From Eledone cirrhosa (lineage: Eukaryota): a stretch of 64,000 nucleotides of DNA. This document shows positions 58,901-64,000 of the stretch, one piece after another; position 1 is the first letter of the stretch; every line of letters starts with the position of its first letter. The stretch is taken from assembly GCA_964016885.1 (NCBI GenBank), contig OZ024750.1, forward strand, positions 38,068,001 through 38,132,000. The letters are read 5' to 3'. The notes beneath the pieces were generated by a model. The model did no database searches. It was not told where the DNA came from and saw only the letters and a program-made list of their open reading frames with translations. The position numbers and the translations under genes were made by a program.

Positions 58901-61150
58901 TGTACCATGAAGCTATGGCTAACCTGTACACTGTATGTGATGTACCATGAAGCTATGACTAACCTATACACTGTATGTGATGTACCATGAAGCTATGACT
59001 AAACTTTACACTTTATGTGATGTACCATGAAGCTATGGCTAACCTGTACACTGTATGTGATGTACCATGAAGCTATGGCTAACCTGTACACTGTATGTGA
59101 TGTACCATGAAGTTATAGCTAATCTGTACACTGTATGTGATGTAACATGAAGCTATAGCTAACCTGTACACTGTATGTGATGTACCATGAATCTATGACT
59201 AACCTGTACACTGTATGTGATGTACCATGAAGCTATAGCTAACCTATACACTGTATGTGATGTACCATGAAGCTATGACTAACCTGTACACTGTATGTGA
59301 TGTACCATGAAGCTATAACTAACCTATACACTGTATGTGATGTACCATGAAGCTATGACTAACCTGTACACTGTATGTGATGTACCATGAAGCTATGACT
59401 AACATGTACACTGTATGTGATGTAGCATGAAGCCATGACTAACCTGTACACTGTATGTGATGTACCATGTAGCTATGCTAAACGGTACACTGTTTGTGAT
59501 GTACCATGAAGCTATGGCTAAACTGTACAATGTATGTGATGTACCATGAAGCTATGACTAACCTATACACTGTATGTGATGTACCATGAAGCTATGACTA
59601 ACCTGTGCACTCTATGTGATGTACCATGAAGCTATGGCTAACCTGTACACTGTATGTGATGTACCATGAAGCTATGGCTAACCTGTACACTGTATGTGAT
59701 GTACCATGAAGCTATGGCTAACCTGTACACTGTATGTGATGTACCATGCAGCTATGGCTAACCTGTACACTGTATGTGATGTACCATGAAGCTATGACTA
59801 ACCTGTACATTGTATGTGATGTACCATGAAGCTATAGCTAACCTGTACACTGTATGTGATGTACCATAAAGCTATGGCTAACCTGTACACTCTATGTGAC
59901 GTACCATGAAGCTATGACTAACCTGTACACTGTATATGATGTACCATGAAGCTATGACTAACCTTTACACTGTATGTGATGTACCATGAAGCTATGGCTA
60001 ACATGTACACTGTATGTGATGTACCATGAAGCTATGACTAACCTGTACACTGTATGTGATGTACCATGAAGCTATGGCTAACCTGTACACTGTATGTGAT
60101 GTACCATGAAGCTTTGACTAACCTGTACACTGTATGTGATGTTCCATGAAGCTATGACTAACCTGTACACTGTATGTGATGTACCATGAAGCTATGGCTA
60201 ACCTGTACACTGTATGTGATGTACCATGAAGCTATGACTAACTTGTACACTGTATATGATGTACCATGAAGCTATGACTAACATGTACACTGTATGTGAT
60301 GTACCATGAAGCTATGCTAACCTGTACACTGTATGTGATGTACCATGAAGCTATGGCTAACCTGTACAATGTATGTGATGTACCATGAAGCTATGACTAA
60401 CCTATACACTGTATGTGATGTACTATGAAGCTATGACTAACCTTTACACTGTATGTGATGTACCATGAATTCTATGACTAACCTGTACACTGTATGTGAT
60501 TTACCATGAAGCTATCACTAACCTGTACACTGTATGTGATGTACCATGAAGCTATGACTAACCTGTACACTGTATGTGATGTACCATGAAGCTATGACTA
60601 ACCTATACACTGTATGTGATGTACCATGAAGCTATGACTAACCTTTACACTGTATGTGATGTACCATGAATCCTATGACTAACCTGTACACTGTATGTGA
60701 TGTACCATGAAGCTATGACTAACCTATACACTGTATGTGATGTACCATGAAGCTATGGCTAACCTGTACACTGTATGTGATGTACCATGAAGCTATGGCT
60801 AACCTGTACACTGTATGTGATGTACCATGAAGTTATAGCTAATCTGTACACTGTATGTGATGTAACATGAAGCTATAGCTAACCTGTACACTGTATGTGA
60901 TGTACCATGAAGCTATGACTAACCTGTACACTGTATGTGATGTACCATGAAGCTATAGCTAACCTATACATTGTATGTGGTGTACCATGAAGCTATGACT
61001 AACCTGTACACTGTATGTGATGTACCATGAAGCTATGACTAACATGTAACCTGTATGTGATGTACCATGAAGCTATGACTAACCTGTACACTGTATGTGA
61101 TGTACCATGAAGCTATGCTAACCTGTACACTGTATGTGATGTACCATGAA
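52940..61150. repeat. ~4.1-kb (102-104 monomer) tandem duplication, followed by a more diverged partial third copy to ~62.9 kb
   Basis: acggtatg 53291/57410 (offset 4119). ttacctg 54161/58320, aagctaaagc 54351/58510, taagctg 54681/58840 and aagccatgac 55271/59430 (offset 4159). GAATCC 56589/60668 and gtgtacc 56901/60980 (offset 4079). gctaaagc (~61750), gtaagctg (~62158) and aaacggtacactgtttg (62799) recur in a third copy. Confidence 0.9.
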
Positions 61151-64000
61151 GCTATGGCTAACCTGTACAATGTATGTGATGTACCATGAAGCTATGACTA
61201 ACCTATACACTGTATGTGATGTACCATGAAGCTATGACTAACCTGTACACTGTATGTGATGTACCATGAAGCTATGGCTAAACTGTACACTGTATGTGAC
61301 TTACCATGAAGCTATGGCTAACCTGTACACTGTATGTGATGTACCATGAAGCTATGACTAACCTGTACACTGTATATGATGTACCATGAAGCTATGACTA
61401 ACATGTACACTGTATGCGATGTACCATGAAGCTATGACTAACCTGTACACTGTATGTGATGTACCATGAATCTATGGCTAAACTGTACACTGTATGTGAT
61501 GTACCATGAAGCTATGACTAACCTATACACTGTATGTGATGTACCATGAAGCTATGACTAACCTGTACACCGTATGTGATGTACCATGAAGCTATAACTA
61601 ACCTATAAACTGTATGTGATGTACCATGAAGCTATGACTAACCTGTACACTGTATGTGATGTACCATGAAGCTATGACTAACCTATACACTGTATGTGAT
61701 GTACCATGCAGATATGACTAACCTGTCCACTGTATGTGATGTACCATGAAGCTAAAGCTAACCTGTACACTGTATGTGATGTACCATGAAGCTATGACTA
61801 ACCTGTACACTGTATGTGATGTACCATGAAGCTATGACTAACCTGTACACTGTATGTGATGTAGCATGAAGCTATAGCTAACCTGTACACTGTATGTGAT
61901 GTACCATGAAGCTATGGCTAACCTGTACACTGTATGTGATGTACCATGAAGCTATGACTAACCTGTAGACTGTATGTGATTTACCATGAAGCTATGACTA
62001 ACATGTACACTGTATGCGATGTACCATGAAGCTATGACTAACCTGTACACTGTATGTGATGTACCATGATGCTATGACTAACCTGTACACTGTATGTGAT
62101 GTACCATGAAGCTATGGCTAACCTGTACACTGTATGTGATGTACCATGAAGCTGTAGGTAAGCTGTACACTGTATGTGATGTACCATGAAGCTATGACTA
62201 ACCTGTACACTGTATATGATGTACCATGAAGCTATGGCTAACCTGTACACTGTATGTGATGTACCATGAAGCTATGACTAACCTATACACTGTATGTGAT
62301 GTACCATGAAGCTATGACTAAACCTTACACTGTATGTGATGTACCATGAAGCTATGGCTAACCTGTACACTGTATGTGATGTACCATGAAGCTATGGCTA
62401 ACCTGTACACTGTATGTGATGTAGCATGAAGTTATAGCTAATCTGTACACTGTATGTGATGTAACATGAAGCTATAGCTAACCTCTACACTGTATGTGAT
62501 GTACCATGAAGCTATGACTAACCTGTACACTGTATGTGATGTACCATGAAGCTATAGCTAACCTATACACTGTATGTGATGTACCATGAAGCTAAGACTA
62601 ACCTGTACACTGTATGTGATGTACCATGAAGCTACAACTAACCTATACACTGTATGTGATGTACCATAAAGCTATGACTAACCTGTACACTGTATGTGAT
62701 GTACCATGAAGCTATGACTAACATGTACACTGTATGTGATATACCATGAAGCTATGACTAACCTGTACACTGTATGTGATGTACCATGAAGCTATGCTAA
62801 ACGGTACACTGTTTGTGATGTACCATGAAGCTATGGCTAACCTGTACACTGTATGTGATGTACCATGAAGCTATAGGTAAGCTGTACACTGTATGTGATG
62901 TACCATGAAGCTATGACTAACCTGTACACTGTATGTGATGTACCATGAAGCTATGGCTAACCTGTACACTGTATGTGATGTACCATGAAGCTATGACTAA
63001 CCTATACACTGTATGTGATGTACCATGAAGCTATGACTAAACTTTACACTGTATGTGATGTACCATGAAGCTATGGCTAACCTGTACACTGTATGTGATG
63101 TACCATGAAGCTATGACTAACCTGTACACTGTATGTGATGTACCATGAAGCTATGGCTAACCTGTACACTGTATGTGATGTACCATGAAGCTATGGCTAA
63201 CCTGTACACTGTATGTGATGTACCATGAAGCTATGACTAACCTGTACACTGTATGTGATGTACCATGAAGCTATAGCTAACCTATACACTGTATGTGATG
63301 TACCATGAAGCTATGACTAATCTGTACACTGTATGTGATGTACCATGAAGCTATGGCTAACCTGTACACCGTATGTGATGTAACATGAAGCTATAGCTAA
63401 CCTGTACACTGTATGTGATGTACCATGAAGCTATGACTAACCTGTACACTGTATGTGATGTACCATGAAGCTATGACTAACCTGTACACTGTATGTGATG
63501 TACCATGAAGCTATGGCTAACCTGTACACTGTACGTGATGTACCATGAAGCTATGACTAACCTGTACACTGTATATGATGTACCATGAAGCTATGACTAA
63601 CATGTACACTGTATGCGATGTACCATGAAGCTATGACTAACCTGTACACTGTATGTAATGTACCATGAAGCTATGACCAACCTGTACACTGTATGTGATG
63701 TACCATGAAGCTATAGGTAACCTGTACACTGTATGTGATGTACCATGAAGCTATGACTAACCTGTACACTGTATGTGATGTACCATGAAGCTATGACTAA
63801 CCTGTACACTGTATGTGATGTACCATGAAGCTATGACTAACCTATACACTCTATGTGATGTACCATGAAGCTATGACTAACCTTTACACTTTATGTGATG
63901 TACCATGAATTATATGACTAACCTGTACACTGTATGTGATGTACCATGAAGCTATGACTAACCTATACACTGTATGTGATGTACCATGAAGCTATGACTA

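Larger units (their letters stand above)
1..64000. repeat. 40-bp tandem satellite array, ~1,600 monomers, single orientation, truncated at both window edges; consensus TAACCTGTACACTGTATGTGATGTACCATGAAGCTATGAC
   Basis: The same 40-mer recurs directly from base 1 to the end, usually with 0-3 substitutions per copy. A monomer starts at 1 and another at 63999 (63998 = 1600x40 - 2), matching my count of 24 one-base insertions and 26 one-base deletions. No non-satellite sequence seen. Confidence 0.99.

Noticed and set aside
62038-62250. Predicted 70-aa minus-strand ORF (MYRLAIASWY...)
   Set aside because: It is just the satellite translated, with a 40-aa periodicity from three monomers. It stays open only because local variants (GGC alleles, gctgtaggtaagc near 62151-62163) remove the usual minus-strand stops. 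There is no gene context, and such an ORF is expected by chance among 1,600 monomers.
1-64000. CRISPR array or other repeat-spacer system
   Set aside because: Monomers abut directly with no unique spacers. Variation is limited to 1-3-base substitutions that are themselves duplicated in blocks. No leader or cas genes are present.
1-64000. Giant repetitive protein gene
   Set aside because: The 40-bp period is not a multiple of 3. Both strands carry stops in the consensus (TAA and TGA on plus, TAG on minus), so all frames close within a few monomers.
1-64000. Variant pattern (GA/GG/AG alleles) as an information-bearing code or a synthetic construct
   Set aside because: The order of variants is explained by nested duplications plus point mutation. 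There is no fixed framing, linker, vector or barcode sequence.

Overview
The whole 64 kb window is one uninterrupted head-to-tail tandem array (satellite DNA) of a 40-bp monomer, consensus TAACCTGTACACTGTATGTGATGTACCATGAAGCTATGAC (40% GC). It holds about 1,600 copies in a single orientation and runs off both ends. I see no credible protein-coding gene, RNA gene, transposon insertion, inversion or CRISPR array. The one predicted ORF (62038-62250) is read-through of variant monomers. The informative structure is the order of monomer variants, read by eye from diagnostic SNPs and indels. These reveal nested tandem duplications of irregular size (9, 18, 21, 46, 48, 57, 89, ~103, 133 and ~167 monomers) rather than one fixed higher-order repeat. 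They also show a ~1-kb variant cassette that recurs 11 times, an older ~12-kb duplication, and a change to a different, more variant-rich domain near 49.7 kb. The monomer itself looks built from degenerate TA(A/C)(A/C)(A/C)TG heptamers, and its most variable site sits in a quasi-palindrome. The array is most consistent with eukaryotic satellite DNA, but I cannot identify the organism, family or chromosomal role from sequence alone. I find no support for a new gene-based system. Duplication boundaries are approximate (about 1-3 monomers).
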